34,017 nucleotides of DNA from Octopus bimaculoides (lineage: Eukaryota). Below, piece after piece: positions 20,850 through 33,330 of this stretch. The notes beneath the pieces were generated by a model that had not been told where the DNA came from, did not search any database, and saw only the letters and a list, made by a program, of their open reading frames with translations. The DNA is taken from contig NC_068981.1 of the NCBI RefSeq assembly GCF_001194135.2, positions 69,911,575 to 69,945,591 of the forward strand, in the 5' to 3' direction. The stretch's first letter is position 1. Each line of letters begins with the position of its first letter. The position numbers and the translations under genes are program-made.

Positions 20850-22525
20850 TTGTTTTCTAGAGGAATGGAGATAAGGAACAATTCTTTACAAAAATGAAGA
20901 TGTTTGGATGGGTAATAATGTAAAATGGAAAGTGCCTTGTGAAGGAGCCCAATGACACAGATATGCATGCAATTTCGTGTACATTATGAGGATATTATTA
21001 CACATACTAAGCTAATTGTTGCAGATGGGGTTATAGGAAAGTTGCTGTGATTTTCATATTTTCAGCCATTCAGTTTGGGGGAGAATTTTTCTGAAGAAGG
21101 TGTCATTAGTTGGGCATATATAGAAGGGAAAGATCTTAACTTTTTCTTCTCCACATATTTCTAAGTGTTTACTCAGTGCAATCTTTCGCAGTTTCTCCTG
21201 TCGAACAAGTTGTCGGTGAATTCTAGCTCGTTGGCATAAAAGAAATTTCAGTTTCACCTATATAATTCTCCTTGCATGTGGGACAGGTTATGCAGTATAT
21301 TACGTTCTGCGTCTTGCAATTCATGTCTGCATTTACTTTGAATGTGTGTCCACTCTTAAATTTTATTTGCTTGCTTCCCTCTATATATTTGTAGATGGGG
21401 TTACTGCAGATCCGACATCTACCATCGCCACACACTTTTACTCGGTTTCATTCTCTGATGAGAATTTGCTTTGTTAGTTGTTTTTTCAGGTTTTTCTCTT
21501 GGCGTTTACTGTTTTTTATGCAATATTTGTTTAATAGGTTTCCCATTTTTGGACTTTGTAGAACTATTCGTAAGTTTGAATGTATAATTTGAAACATCTT
21601 GGTAACTTCAGGGTTGTCCGTGTTTATGAAAGAGCTGATGTTTTCTTTGTTTCTCTTCTTTGGAGTTCTGAGTTGTGTGATGTCCAGTTTCATCGCTCTT
21701 GAGATTCCGCTTTTTATTTAATTTGAGTGGGTATTTCTGTTCTAGTAGGAAGATTTTAAGTTCATTTAGTCTTATTTGGCGTGTTTGTGAGTCGGCCACT
21801 ATGCTGTATATGAGTCTTGCCATACTATATGGAATGTTTCTTTTTATGTGAGATGGGTGGCAGGAGTAAAAATTTAAATATTGGTATGTGTCGGTTTTTT
21901 GTAGTAAATATCTGTTGTGACGACGGAGTTGTGTATCTTGATGTTGATGTATAGGAAGGGAAGCTCGTTGTAGCTTGTTTCTGTCGTGAAGTTGATAGAT
22001 TGGAGCAGTGTTATGAGGATGTGGAATGTTCGTAGAACTTCTGATCTGTTCCGAAAGATGAAACAGTCATCGAGGTAGCATTTCCACCTTTTGTTGATGT
22101 ATTCTCTGAAGTTGTGTGGGAAAAAATTTCCCTAATTCATCGTGTAGTTAGTTCTCTAGGAAACCCATCACCAGGTTGGCATATGATGATGCGAATTTCG
22201 TATGCATAGCCGTGCCCTTTACCTGTCGGCATGTCTTGTTATTAAATGTGAATGTGTTTTCTTCAAGTATTAATTGGGTGGCTTTGGTGATAAAGTGTAT
22301 TTTGAAACGTTTATCTATGAGTTCCTTGTATTTTTCTACCCAGGGTTTTATCGCTTCCAGACCCAGGATGGGTGGTACGTTCATGTATAAGTTTGTGATA
22401 TCGAAGGTTGCAAGTTTGGTGTTTTCCGGAACCGTATTTGGAATGTGTGTGAGGACATCTATGTCATCCCTTATGTAGCTTCGTATCAGTGGGCATAAAG
22501 GTTTGAGGAGTAAATCTATGAAGTG
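20850..22525 (-). mobile_element. Penelope-like element pseudogene: reverse transcriptase, Cys-rich linker and GIY-YIG endonuclease
   Basis: Motifs LATFDITNLYMNVP, FTFNNKTCRQVKGTAM, CYLDDCFI (YLDD at 22066-22077), LPFL, YYKKTDTYQYLNFYSCHPSHIKRNIPYS, CGDGRCRIC and NCKTQNVIYCITCPTCKENYIGET. Frameshifts and stops are present. Both ends abut (TA)n. Confidence 0.93.
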
Positions 22526-23470
22526 ATATATATATATATATATATATATANNNNNNNNNNNNNNNNNNNNNNNNNNNNNNNNNNNNNNNNNNNNNNNNNN
22601 NNNNNNNNNNNNNNNNNNNNNNNNNNNNNNNNNNNNNNNNNNNNNNNNNNNNNNNNNNNNNNNNNNNNNNNNNNNNNNNNNNNNNNNNNNNNNNNNNNNN
22701 NNNNNNNNNNNNNNNNNNNNNNNNNNNNNNNNNNNNNNNNNNNNNNNNNNNNNNNNNNNNNNNNNNNNNNNNNNNNNNNNNNNNNNNNNNNNNNNNNNNN
22801 NNNNNNNNNNNNNNNNNNNNNNNNNNNNNNNNNNNNNNNNNNNNNNNNNNNNNNNNNNNNNNNNNNNNNNNNNNNNNNNNNNNNNNNNNNNNNNNNNNNN
22901 NNNNNNNNNNNNNNNNNNNNNNNNNNNNNNNNNNNNNNNNNNNNNNNNNNNNNNNNNNNNNNNNNNNNNNNNNNNNNNNNNNNNNNNNNNNNNNNNNNNN
23001 NNNNNNNNNNNNNNNNNNNNNNNNNNNNNNNNNNNNNNNNNNNNNNNNNNNNNNNNNNNNNNNNNNNNNNNNNNNNNNNNNNNNNNNNNNNNNNNNNNNN
23101 NNNNNNNNNNNNNNNNNNNNNNNNNNNNNNNNNNNNNNNNNNNNNNNNNNNNNNNNNNNNNNNNNNNNNNNNNNNNNNNNNNNNNNNNNNNNNNNNNNNN
23201 NNNNNNNNNNNNNNNNNNNNNNNNNNNNNNNNNNNNNNNNNNNNNNNNNNNNNNNNNNNNNNNNNNNNNNNNNNNNNNNNNNNNNNNNNNNNNNNNNNNN
23301 NNNNNNNNNNNNNNNNNNNNNNNNNNNNNNNNNNNNNNNNNNNNNNNNNNNNNNNNNNNNNNNNNNNNNNNNNNNNNNNNNNNNNNNNNNNNNNNNNNNN
23401 NNNNNNNNNNNNNNNNNNNNNNNNNNNNNNNNNNNNNNNNNNNNNNNNNNNNNNNNNNNNNNNNNNNNNN

Positions 23471-23687
23471 CATAGGATTATGCTCAAGATGGCTCCGTCG
23501 TTCACACGTGCCATCCTTGCTACATTTACCCATCTTTTTTTGAAGCATTCACTAGACAAGACTTCCCTTTCTACTCTCACCTTCCTCTTTAGGTGATACT
23601 TGAAGAAGTTGATGAGAGATTGCCCAGAGAGGAAAGTCTTTGTCTCTAGACCTTTCAGACGCGTCCACCATACACATTCTTTCGCCA
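23471..23687 (-). mobile_element. C-terminal ORF2 fragment of an L1/Tx1-like LINE
   Basis: AKECVWWTRLKGLETKTFLSGQSLINFFKYHLKRKVRVEREVLSSECFKKRWVNVARMARV resembles L1/Tx1 ORF2 C-termini (W-x-x-R ... F-x-x-x-W pattern). It is bounded by the gap and (AGAT)n. Confidence 0.6.
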
Positions 23688-23785
23688 TAGATAGATAGAT
23701 AGATAGATACATAGATAGATACATAGATAGATACATAGATAAATAGATAGATACATACATAGATAGATAGATAGATAGATAGATG
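23688..23785. repeat. (AGAT)n/(ACATAGAT) tetranucleotide repeat
   Basis: Directly visible. Confidence 0.95.
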
Positions 23786-24224
23786 CTATATTATATCATA
23801 TTATATATTGTCAGTGGACTTCTGCAGAGTCTTCTCACAACATAATCCCCTCAAACTTCATTTGCCAAGACAAGGCGAAAAGCTAACATAGCTTCTGCGT
23901 ACAAGAACCGAAAACACAATCATAGATTTGTGCAAAATATTCTGAATCATGAAGGAAATAACATATCCTTATACTGTATATAATACTGGATATACTTTGT
24001 CAAATTTGTTAATAATTGAAATAGCTAATATCTTCATTTTCTACTGTCTATGTAACCTGTCCCTATAGTAATTATTGTCTTGCATAATTTTCTATATTTA
24101 AATTAGTTATTTCAATGGTTTTTAAGATGCGTATTTGTTCCTAACTAAAATTCAGTTGCATGTGGGGAAGCGTTATATTAGTTTGTACATGTTTTATGGC
24201 AATTATACATGTCTGTGCGCTTGT

Positions 24225-24386
24225 GCGTGTACATATATATAAATATGCGTGTGCTGTGAGTGTCTGTATGTATGAGTGAGTGTGCGTGCGTGTGCGAGTG
24301 AGTATGGCTGTGTAACTAAATAGATATATATGTGTGTGTGTATATATATATATGCCTATACATATGCACACACGCACGCATACGGA

Positions 24387-24425
<39 letters not shown>

Positions 24426-24895
24426 NNNNNNNNNNNNNNNNNNNNNNNNNNNNNNNNNNNNNNNNNNNNNNNNNNNNNNNNNNNNNNNNNNNNNNNNNNN
24501 NNNNNNNNNNNNNNNNNNNNNNNNNNNNNNNNNNNNNNNNNNNNNNNNNNNNNNNNNNNNNNNNNNNNNNNNNNNNNNNNNNNNNNNNNNNNNNNNNNNN
24601 NNNNNNNNNNNNNNNNNNNNNNNNNNNNNNNNNNNNNNNNNNNNNNNNNNNNNNNNNNNNNNNNNNNNNNNNNNNNNNNNNNNNNNNNNNNNNNNNNNNN
24701 NNNNNNNNNNNNNNNNNNNNNNNNNNNNNNNNNNNNNNNNNNNNNNNNNNNNNNNNNNNNNNNNNNNNNNNNNNNNNNNNNNNNNNNNNNNNNNNNTGTG
24801 TGTGTGTGTGTGTGTATATATCAATGCGTGTATGTGCATGTGTGTGCACGCGCGTATGTACTAATTCATATGTGTTTGCATGTGTATGTTTATAC
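24225..24895. repeat. TA/TG/CA low-complexity tract spanning an N-gap
   Basis: Directly visible on both sides of the gap 24426-24796. Confidence 0.85.
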
Positions 24896-25574
24896 ATGAC
24901 GTAACCGAGGAAACAGCTACTGATTTTTTTCTGCAAAGAATGTTTATTAATGCAGAACTGAAAATATCGAAGTTATACCATTGTGATTGGAAGCGTCCCT
25001 ATTTTGTGAAGAGAGACATTCGCGAGGGAAAAAAAATAGGAGAGTAAAACAAATGAGTGAAACGGTACAAAAGTTTTATCCATTTTCTTGTTTTTACAGC
25101 ATCTCTTGTATACTTCCAATCATTTTTTAGAAATTTAATCTTCCTCCTAAATTACAAGTAAATATTTCACTCCATGGCCTATTCGTACTTCCAAATTTAT
25201 ATACCACTTCTGTCCCCTTAGTTTTTCACTAGCTCTCACTCTTTCACCATCACATTCACCCAAAGACGTTACAGTGCCCAATACTCACTAGAACTTCCTG
25301 TCACATCCTGTTTCCGTCCTTTCTTTCGACGTATCTTCTTTTTGTATGTGTGCATGTTGTTTCTCTTTGGTGAAATACCTATCTCCGGCATGCTGCCATT
25401 TCCCAGCAATGTTAAGCATGAAGTAGTTTTTATTAGGTGTGGTTTGATTCTACAGAATATTGTATGTATTAAAAGAAACATATAAGTTGCTCTACTTTTC
25501 TAAAAAGAAGGTTCCTGTGTATCAGAAAAAATGCACAATCTCCATCACAAAGAGAGAGATAGGGTAGGGGGGAA

Positions 25575-25820
25575 GACAGACAGACAGTCATACAGACATA
25601 CAGAAATACATACATACATACAGACAGACAGACAGATAGATTAGCCAGACAGCAGACAGATAGGTAGATAGACAGGGTGAAGAGAAGTGCCATGCATATG
25701 AATTTGTGTTCATAGAACTAATTTTTTCTCCCTCCAGAGGACGATTAAACATAACAGCAGGCGTTCGCTCAGACACAAACACGACCGCACATAGACACAC
25801 ATCCACACACACACACACAC

Positions 25821-25862
<42 letters not shown>

Positions 25863-25870
25863 ATACACGT
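25575..25870. repeat. (ACAG)n/(ACAT)n/(AGAT)n and (CA)n(TA)n microsatellites
   Basis: Directly visible at about 25575-25672 and 25795-25866. Confidence 0.85.
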
Positions 25871-25919
25871 TTATGTATTTGTCTTGTAAGATTCCTAATG
25901 TGAAATGGAAACATATATC

Positions 25920-26242
25920 GTTATATTTCAGGATGGTCATTTTTCTTTCTTCTTACCAAATAAACACACGCACTTTATATTCGTTCTTCGTTTCAGATTT
26001 ACTATTGTCCTTATTTTCTTGTCGTTTGTCACATATCGTCTCATCACTTCAATGACTCTCCATCTCATGTTTAGAGACACATGGGATGGAAAGTCGCTGA
26101 AACGGGCACAGCATGTGTGACGAAAGATTTCCCGAAGAACATAAAATAATATGAACAATAATGAATCTGAAGTGAAGAACGAATATATAGCGAATGTGCT
26201 TATTTTGTATGAAGCAGGAAAATGACCATTCCGAAATATAAC
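25920..26242. mobile_element. Diverged foldback/MITE-like element (arms about 115-128 bp, structured spacer)
   Basis: GTTATATTTCAGGATGGTCATTTT..ATATTCGTTCTTC..TTCAGATT..GTCACA (25920-26034) is the reverse complement of 26115-26242. The spacer holds the hairpin CCATCTCATGT/ACATGGGATGG. Confidence 0.75.
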
Positions 26243-26277
26243 AACACACACACACGCACACACACACACACACACAT

Positions 26278-26312
<35 letters not shown>
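26243..26312. repeat. (CA)n(TA)n microsatellite
   Basis: Directly visible. Confidence 0.9.
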
Positions 26313-27116
26313 ACATGTTAAGTCTCTCTCTCCACATTTTCTTTTGAATTATATAGCCAGCACTGATCTGTTACGGCATTTCGAATCCGAATACATCTAA
26401 TGTACATAATGCGATCGAAGATAGTAAAATAGGTAATGAGTATATATACATATTTCAGGAATCCTTGCTTCTTTTGGGCATCACATACAACCCACCAATT
26501 ATCCATGAACACTTTGATGAAATAGCCACTAAATATAGCAATGTGAAATAGATATATCACATTATAATACACTGCTATATGTCTTAGCTATTTAAGGAAT
26601 AGTTTCATAGGTTGGTTAATGGTTGGGGGTCCTGGTGTGTGTATATACATCCATTACCTATTTTTGTATGTTCGATCACATTGTTATGTACATTAGACGT
26701 ATTCGGATACAAAAAGTCATAGAAAATCAGTGCTAGCTATAATTTCTATAGAAAATCTATAGAGATAGATTTAAAATGAGATTTAATAGCACTGCAAAAC
26801 ACAGTAGGACAGAAATGACTTATAAATTGTATAATATACTGCATTATGGTTTTATAAAGAAATACTGTCCCTACAAGTAATTTATACATATGCATGCATA
26901 TACATAAAGCTTAGTGGAAAAAGAAACTGGTTGAGGACCAAGATTACTTTACTTAAGCTCAGATTTTGGTAGTCTCATTTACATTAATCTATTATTGATG
27001 TTAGTAAGTAAGCTCAAGTCTTACAGTTTATTCTAATTCGTGAGAATGATGACGTAGAAGACATTTATCACATATACAAATTCGATTTACTATCATCCGC
27101 ATCATACTAAGCACTC

Positions 27117-27634
27117 TACGCTGAACCGCAAAAGAAACGCAAGACGTGTGTGACTGTGAAATATGTTTTAATTTTATTATGTCAGAGATAAATTTTATAA
27201 ATCTAATAAAGTCAATTCCTTGGATGAACTTTCACCACAGTCTATGAGTCGTTGTCATCTGTTCCGTTAGTGGACAGATTCAGCACATTGAGATTATAGG
27301 TCGTGTTAGGTTCAATACCGTGTATATCCTCCCTGGGTGTTGAAAACGGCCATACATTGTCGGTACATGGAGTGCATGAGGTGGTTCATCTGTGCACAAA
27401 CCCTCGCGAAAGCTGCCTCTTGTTCCACACGAGTTGTCGGCCAAGGGAACTCCTGAACTAGTTGTTCTTTATCGCACCATGAGGGATCGATTCTAGAGGA
27501 GTCGAACCAGTCGTAGTGATTAATAAAAATTCTCGCATCTTCCATCTTCTGTCTCTCATTAACTAAATGCACAACGAACACTTAGAACATGCTTTACTGG
27601 TAAGCTAACAGGTATATGCCATATGTTCTGTAAT

Positions 27635-27635
<1 letters not shown>
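27117..27635 (-). mobile_element. 3' half of a Tc1-like transposon (decayed transposase C-terminus plus right TIR)
   Basis: DWFDSSRIDP...NHLMHSMYRQCMAVFNTQGGYTRY* fits the Tc1 C-terminus (DWP..SPDLNP...LI.SM.RRC.AV....GG.TRY). TIR-like TA-CGCTGAACCGCAAAAGAAACGCAA at 27117-27145. Confidence 0.8.

Positions 27636-27673
<38 letters not shown>
27636..27673. repeat. (TA)n microsatellite
   Basis: Directly visible. It is the junction between the Tc1 remnant and the Penelope end. Confidence 0.95.
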
Positions 27674-27677
<4 letters not shown>

Positions 27678-28350
27678 AGAATTCACACAAAAAACAAAAA
27701 AAAACAAAAGGCGAAAACAGGTGGTGTAGACAACAAACAGAAGTATTAGTTTAACGCTTGGGAACTGAACATTTCTTTAACGTTTCGAACCTACGCTATT
27801 CCACATCAAGCAACACAGAAAAGAGTGACGGGTAGAGCGGAAATGATATTTTCGCTGAGTCGGATATCTCGGAGGTGTTCTGCGAACCGGTCAGCCATGT
27901 GGCGTACAGTGTGTCCGATGAATAGAGAAGGACAGAGAGAGCAGGAGATGCAGTAGATAACATTGGTAGAAGTGCAGGTGAAGGAGTCGGTGATATCATA
28001 GGGTCGATGATGGATGCCGGTGAGGAGGTTGGTGTTGTAGAGGTAAGGGCAAGTGCGTCAGCGTGGGCGGAAGCAGGGGGACGAGCCGGGTTGGGAGGTT
28101 GGTTTAGTGAAGAAGCTGTTGTATGTCTCGTAGGTTGTGGCCTTGTTTGAAGGAAGAGAGAGGTCGGTTAGGTAAGATGTGCGAAGTGGAGTAGTCAGAC
28201 TGGAGTCGCCGGCAGGCTCAGAGAGGTAGGGTGGTGGCGTGGTAGGTGAGGGAAAATGGAGGCGGGAGACGGCGGGGTGGGTTCGGGGTGAGCGATCAGA
28301 TCCACGGTCAAGGGAACGTGCTCTGGCAGGGGTGGTGTGCAGTATTACCA
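27674..28350 (-). mobile_element. Penelope-like element 3' fragment: RT-thumb linker, Cys-rich motif, truncated GIY-YIG and pLTR end
   Basis: FSLTYHATTLPL..RLQSDYSTSHILPNRPLSSFKQGHNLRD..PCFRPR*RTCPYL..SFTCTSTNVIYCISCSLCPSLFIGHTVRHMADRFAEHLRDIR, then a jump to a pLTR-like tail ending at (TA)n. Confidence 0.9.
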
Positions 28351-29749
28351 TCGAAAATATTTTTGAGTGATTATGTCAACTAGTGTTAAATGACTTATAT
28401 TACCGACTCATTTGCACCCACTGGGATCCTTAAAATCCAAATGGAACAATATTTGAACTTACCAGAAGTTTTTTTTTTTCATTTTTAGTATCCCTAATTA
28501 ACCAACAGTAATGGCGGGCTGTTTATTAGTTTGAATCTAGTTTTCTTTTCCGGTAATTATCTAAAATTGATTTATTGTCAATGATCATTATTTCCTGTAC
28601 TGATAATTTACACATATTTCTTTGAATTGAATGTGTTTTAAATTATAGAAGCATTCCACAAGTTGACAAACAAAAATTAAAATGTGTGGCATGATGACTG
28701 ACGTATATAGGGAAATGATTCTGTTATAAAGAAGGAAGATGTCAATCCGATTTTTGTGGATACAACTTTTGTTTTGTTTTTTGAAGCAAACTACAATTTT
28801 AGAAAATATGCGATACAAATATTTCATCTCTTAAAGTATCATGACACTGGAATCGTTATATTTTGATGTATCGCTTTGTCCATCGTGAGCTGTTCATATA
28901 ATTTGTATATATAATTTTCTCTGTGTAGATTCATCGATGCAATTCACTCAGCTGATAATAACAATGAAACGTATTCCGGTTATTAGAAATATTCAGGCAT
29001 TGTCAAGGATAGATTTTAAATAAGCTTACATGTTAATTTAGAATTTACAAATAATACGAAGAATTTTCAAATCTTCATGAGCTCTTGACAAATACTGAAG
29101 AGCACTGTAAGTTTAGAGAATTCTTTCCGTCTTCTGGCTCATATAACATGCTTCATTATGTCTTTTGTTTAACTTTTTTTCTCTGAGGACAGTGACTGAG
29201 GCTTAAAATATCTTACACTTCTACTGTTGCAGTGAAGAATGACTATGTAATTTTGTCATTCAATTTCATTGTTGAATTACCATTTGCTGAATTACATTTA
29301 ACCAAAGCTAGAAATATCGAAAATGTACAGAATTTTGTATTATAATAGAAATACTATTTCCATATCATACATATAAAATGGTAGCAAATTTCACAATATG
29401 ACACAATTATCACTGGAAGAACACATATTAAGTGCCTTCAGATAGCTCTTTCGTCTATTGCAATAAATTATGGTCATACTGAATTTATGAATAGCTTCCA
29501 GTAATGGCATTTATCAAAATGCTAATATTATAAATGGCATAATGAATATACCATGACAATACAGATACTCCAGTCACCTACCTATACATGGACATACACG
29601 AATACACCCCATGTAATTATATGAGTGTTTTATATATGAATGCTTTGTATAGTCAGTATTCATCTTAACGTGATGTCAATATATATACATACAAGCAAAA
29701 TAAATTCAGCTACGCCACGTAAGACATACATACGTATGTTATAAATAGA

Positions 29750-29813
29750 AATGCATACACACACACACATATACATACACACGAGGACAGACATTTATTC
29801 ATACATACACAAA

Positions 29814-29857
<44 letters not shown>

Positions 29858-30250
29858 NNNNNNNNNNNNNNNNNNNNNNNNNNNNNNNNNNNNNNNNNNN
29901 NNNNNNNNNNNNNNNNNNNNNNNNNNNNNNNNNNNNNNNNNNNNNNNNNNNNNNNNNNNNNNNNNNNNNNNNNNNNNNNNNNNNNNNNNNNNNNNNNNNN
30001 NNNNNNNNNNNNNNNNNNNNNNNNNNNNNNNNNNNNNNNNNNNNNNNNNNNNNNNNNNNNNNNNNNNNNNNNNNNNNNNNNNNNNNNNNNNNNNNNNNNN
30101 NNNNNNNNNNNNNNNNNNNNNNNNNNNNNNNNNNNNNNNNNNNNNNNNNNNNNNNNNNNNNNNNNNNNTATATATATATATATATATGTATAAATGTATA
30201 AATATATTTCTATGTATGTAATGTATGTGTGCGTGAATGTGTGTGTGTGT
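29750..30250. repeat. CA/TA/TG microsatellites around an N-gap
   Basis: Directly visible. Confidence 0.85.
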
Positions 30251-30897
30251 ATTGCATCAATTTATTCAGCACTCGTTACCGAAACTTGAAAGTGTACCTT
30301 AATGATATGCATTGTAGTCGCTAAAGATTTATTTCATTCAATATTCTTTCCTTGCAGATTCTTCGAAATATCAAAATAACTGGAAGGATGATACTGCAAA
30401 AGGAGCCCTCATATGGAAATACATAATTTCGTCTCACAATATTAGCATATGCTAACCTTTCACGCAACATCTGTTCGTGAAATCAATGGTGATACATAAT
30501 TTCTATTACTTTCATGCGTATAATTCTCTCATCATTAATTGTCTATGCGAAGATTATTTAATGACCTTTAAAGGTTTAAGTATAATATCATGGAAGGGAT
30601 TTTACCGTATAAATTTATCCGCTTATATCAGATGAGGTTAAATGTGGGAAAAGATATTAATATAATGCCGATTATTACATTCCATCTTACCTTCATCTTA
30701 AAGAATTGTGGTTCACTATTTCTGTATTTTCTGGCATTTGTACTTGAGTAACTTCCTTAAATTTCGTATGCATTCTTTCGTAAAGATTTCAAATAGAAAA
30801 GATTGCTCATAGGCATTTTTGCGCATGGCATCTCAATCCGTACATATACTGGAACTTATTATAGAGTCTATAAAGCATAAGGTAAATTGTATCAGCG

Positions 30898-31766
30898 CAC
30901 AGGTTACTCGGGTTAAATTTGACTATTTTTCATGCCTTCTATTTTTAGGAACAGTTTGACGTATTGGTAAACACTAATCAGCGTTCGGGAGTATGAAATT
31001 TAAAGTTTAGTTACAAAGTTAGCTGACATGAAGGACTAGTGGTCTTCTGAATACAGGAAAAGTGCTATCAATATCATGATGAATCACGCCGGGTATCAAA
31101 CTGTAGACATCTACACTACTGCTCAGTGCTCTGTACACACTGTAAAGGATGTAAGGCCTGATATGAACATCATGAAAACTAAGTTTCTCCAAACTGTGAT
31201 GGCCTTTGTGTGTGTCTTCAGTGAGGGTGACATGAGCTGCCTCACATCTTTGAATAAGGTCTTAGGCTCTATTCGGACAGCTAACCGATGATGATGGCCG
31301 GACGGCATTGTGGCTGGAAGGTGATATTTGTGGTAACATGATTCGGTTCCGTGCCTGATACCCCAGAAAGTGCCAGAAGCGGTTATAAAATAACTTCTGC
31401 GACTTTTCAACCACCAATTTATGTTCCTTCTGATAATATCAGCTGTTATTCCAAGGATAATAATTCGTGGAATGCGCTTCAGAAGGACACCGACCTCTCT
31501 CAACGCAACACTAAGGCCGAACTGCTAAGATTTAGATGTTCGAGTATCTTCCTTAAATCACTGTGGGGAACGTGTCTTCTTAGTTTCAGAGCCGCTCTGT
31601 TGACGTAATGGAAGATGAGTGCTGCGACTTTCAGTAAAGAGTTATCTCCCAGATATAATCTAGTTAATATTATTTGGATGTTTTTGAAATAATTTTATTG
31701 TTAGATGTGATATTGTATTTTTTTTTCGTTCATGCAAACTGCCAAATTAATCGTTAACACCGTGTA
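30898..31766 (+). mobile_element. Internally deleted Tc1/mariner-superfamily element (maT/DD37D-like), decayed
   Basis: HAGYQTVDIYTTAQCSVHTVKDVR (HTH-like) is joined to MKTKFLQTVMAFVCVFSEG, LPHIFE*GLRL, VAGR*YLW*HDSVPC (decayed PYVWQQDSAPC) and WNALQKDT..NTKAEL. Degenerate TIRs at about 30898-30925 and 31738-31766. Confidence 0.75.
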
Positions 31767-32639
31767 TATACACCATGGCTCATATATTCTCTTTCACGAT
31801 TTGTCTATAATCAAAGCCATAAAAACGCAAAGTTTTACATTCTTTAATGATGTCCCTTGCCAAGTTCACAAGAATAATATCGCCAAATTGCATCTCCAAA
31901 TTTGATTTTCACGTCAAATTTTATCATCATATCAAACAACACATATTTCATATGTGCGTAGAGATGATGATACACACAATTACACGATGAAATATAGATG
32001 TTCGCTTGTCGTCACAATAAAGACGCTAGTCATTTTTATTGCAACACTGCCTGGCAATTTGAATTTGCAAGCTGCAATGACCATAGTCAAAGCCCCACTC
32101 ATCGTGCATGTTTGTATTTCATTAAATCGTTCTTCTATATCACATGAGACAGGCTGTGATATAAATTTAATCTCATCGTTAATTCCATCGTATTGGCAGC
32201 TTTTATAATATCAACATCTTATAATAATTTAATGAATCGTATATAGGCTGCAAACGAAAATGTGTAATGGGAGAATAATCGTAAATAAAATTTGTGTAAG
32301 GCTCAGAGAAATCCTTTATCGTAGATAAATCGTCATACAGAAACTTCACAGTTGGCAAGAGGCAACAGATGTCTAAAAGTAATGACAACAATGTATATCT
32401 GAACAGTTTAGGATGATACGAAGGCTTACTGGGAATTATTATTCCACCTCACGAAACGACTAAAATTAAGAAAACAATGCAAAGATGAAACCGGATATCT
32501 GACTTTTGCTGAAAGGATATTATTGTCCATTTGCATTAAGAAACATGTACAAACTTTCACATGAATACGCAGGCAGACGAATAATACACAAATACATATA
32601 TATGTTGAGGATCTTGTGTACGTGGGTTTCTGTGGACAA

Positions 32640-33330
32640 GTGTATATGTGTGTATACATATATATGTATGTATATATACATATACATATAATATTTATAT
32701 ATATATGTATATAGTATATATATATATATATATATATATATATNNNNNNNNNNNNNNNNNNNNNNNNNNNNNNNNNNNNNNNNNNNNNNNNNNNNNNNNN
32801 NNNNNNNNNNNNNNNNNNNNNNNNNNNNNNNNNNNNNNNNNNNNNNNNNNNNNNNNNNNNNNNNNNNNNNNNNNNNNNNNNNNNNNNNNNNNNNNNNNNN
32901 NNNNNNNNNNNNNNNNNNNNNNNNNNNNNNNNNNNNNNNNNNNNNNNNNNNNNNNNNNNNNNNNNNNNNNNNNNNNNNNNNNNNNNNNNNNNNNNNNNNN
33001 NNNNNNNNNNNNNNNNNNNNNNNNNNNNNNNNNNNNNNNNNNNNNNNNNNNNNNNNNNNNNNNNNNNNNNNNNNNNNNNNNNNNNNNNNNNNNNNNNNNN
33101 NNNNNNNNNNNNNNNNNNNNNNNNNNNNNNNNNNNNNNNNNNNNNNNNNNNNNNNNNNNNNNNNNNNNNNNNNNNNNNNNNNNNNNNNATATACACATTT
33201 ACGTATGGATATAATACGGATAATACGTTACTATAGAAGTATATGTGTATATATACACTTGTGCATATATGTGTGTTTTAATGTTTTTTTTTATGTTTGT
33301 GCGTTTGTATATATATATATGTGTGTATTT
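32640..33330. repeat. TA/TG low-complexity tracts around an N-gap
   Basis: Directly visible. Confidence 0.8.

Noticed and set aside
20965-21000. Minus-strand CTCATAA-TGTACAC-GAAA in the Penelope 3' region as a hammerhead
   Set aside because: Core G5 is missing and no valid NUH or helix I was found. At best it is an unrecognisably decayed remnant.
27312-27581. 89-aa ORF as a host gene
   Set aside because: Better explained as a decayed Tc1 transposase C-terminus with an adjacent TIR.
28058-28351. Pro/Thr/Ser-rich ORF and G-rich plus strand (possible G-quadruplex)
   Set aside because: It is an alternative frame of the C-rich Penelope coding strand. The composition is explained by the element.
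28945-28980. CTGATAA...GAAACGTA hammerhead-like string
   Set aside because: C3-A8 mismatch, no G-C closing stem II and no helix I complementarity.
32203-32391. 62-aa minus-strand ORF with an apparent signal-peptide-like start
   Set aside because: Non-ATG start, no known motif, and a length expected by chance.
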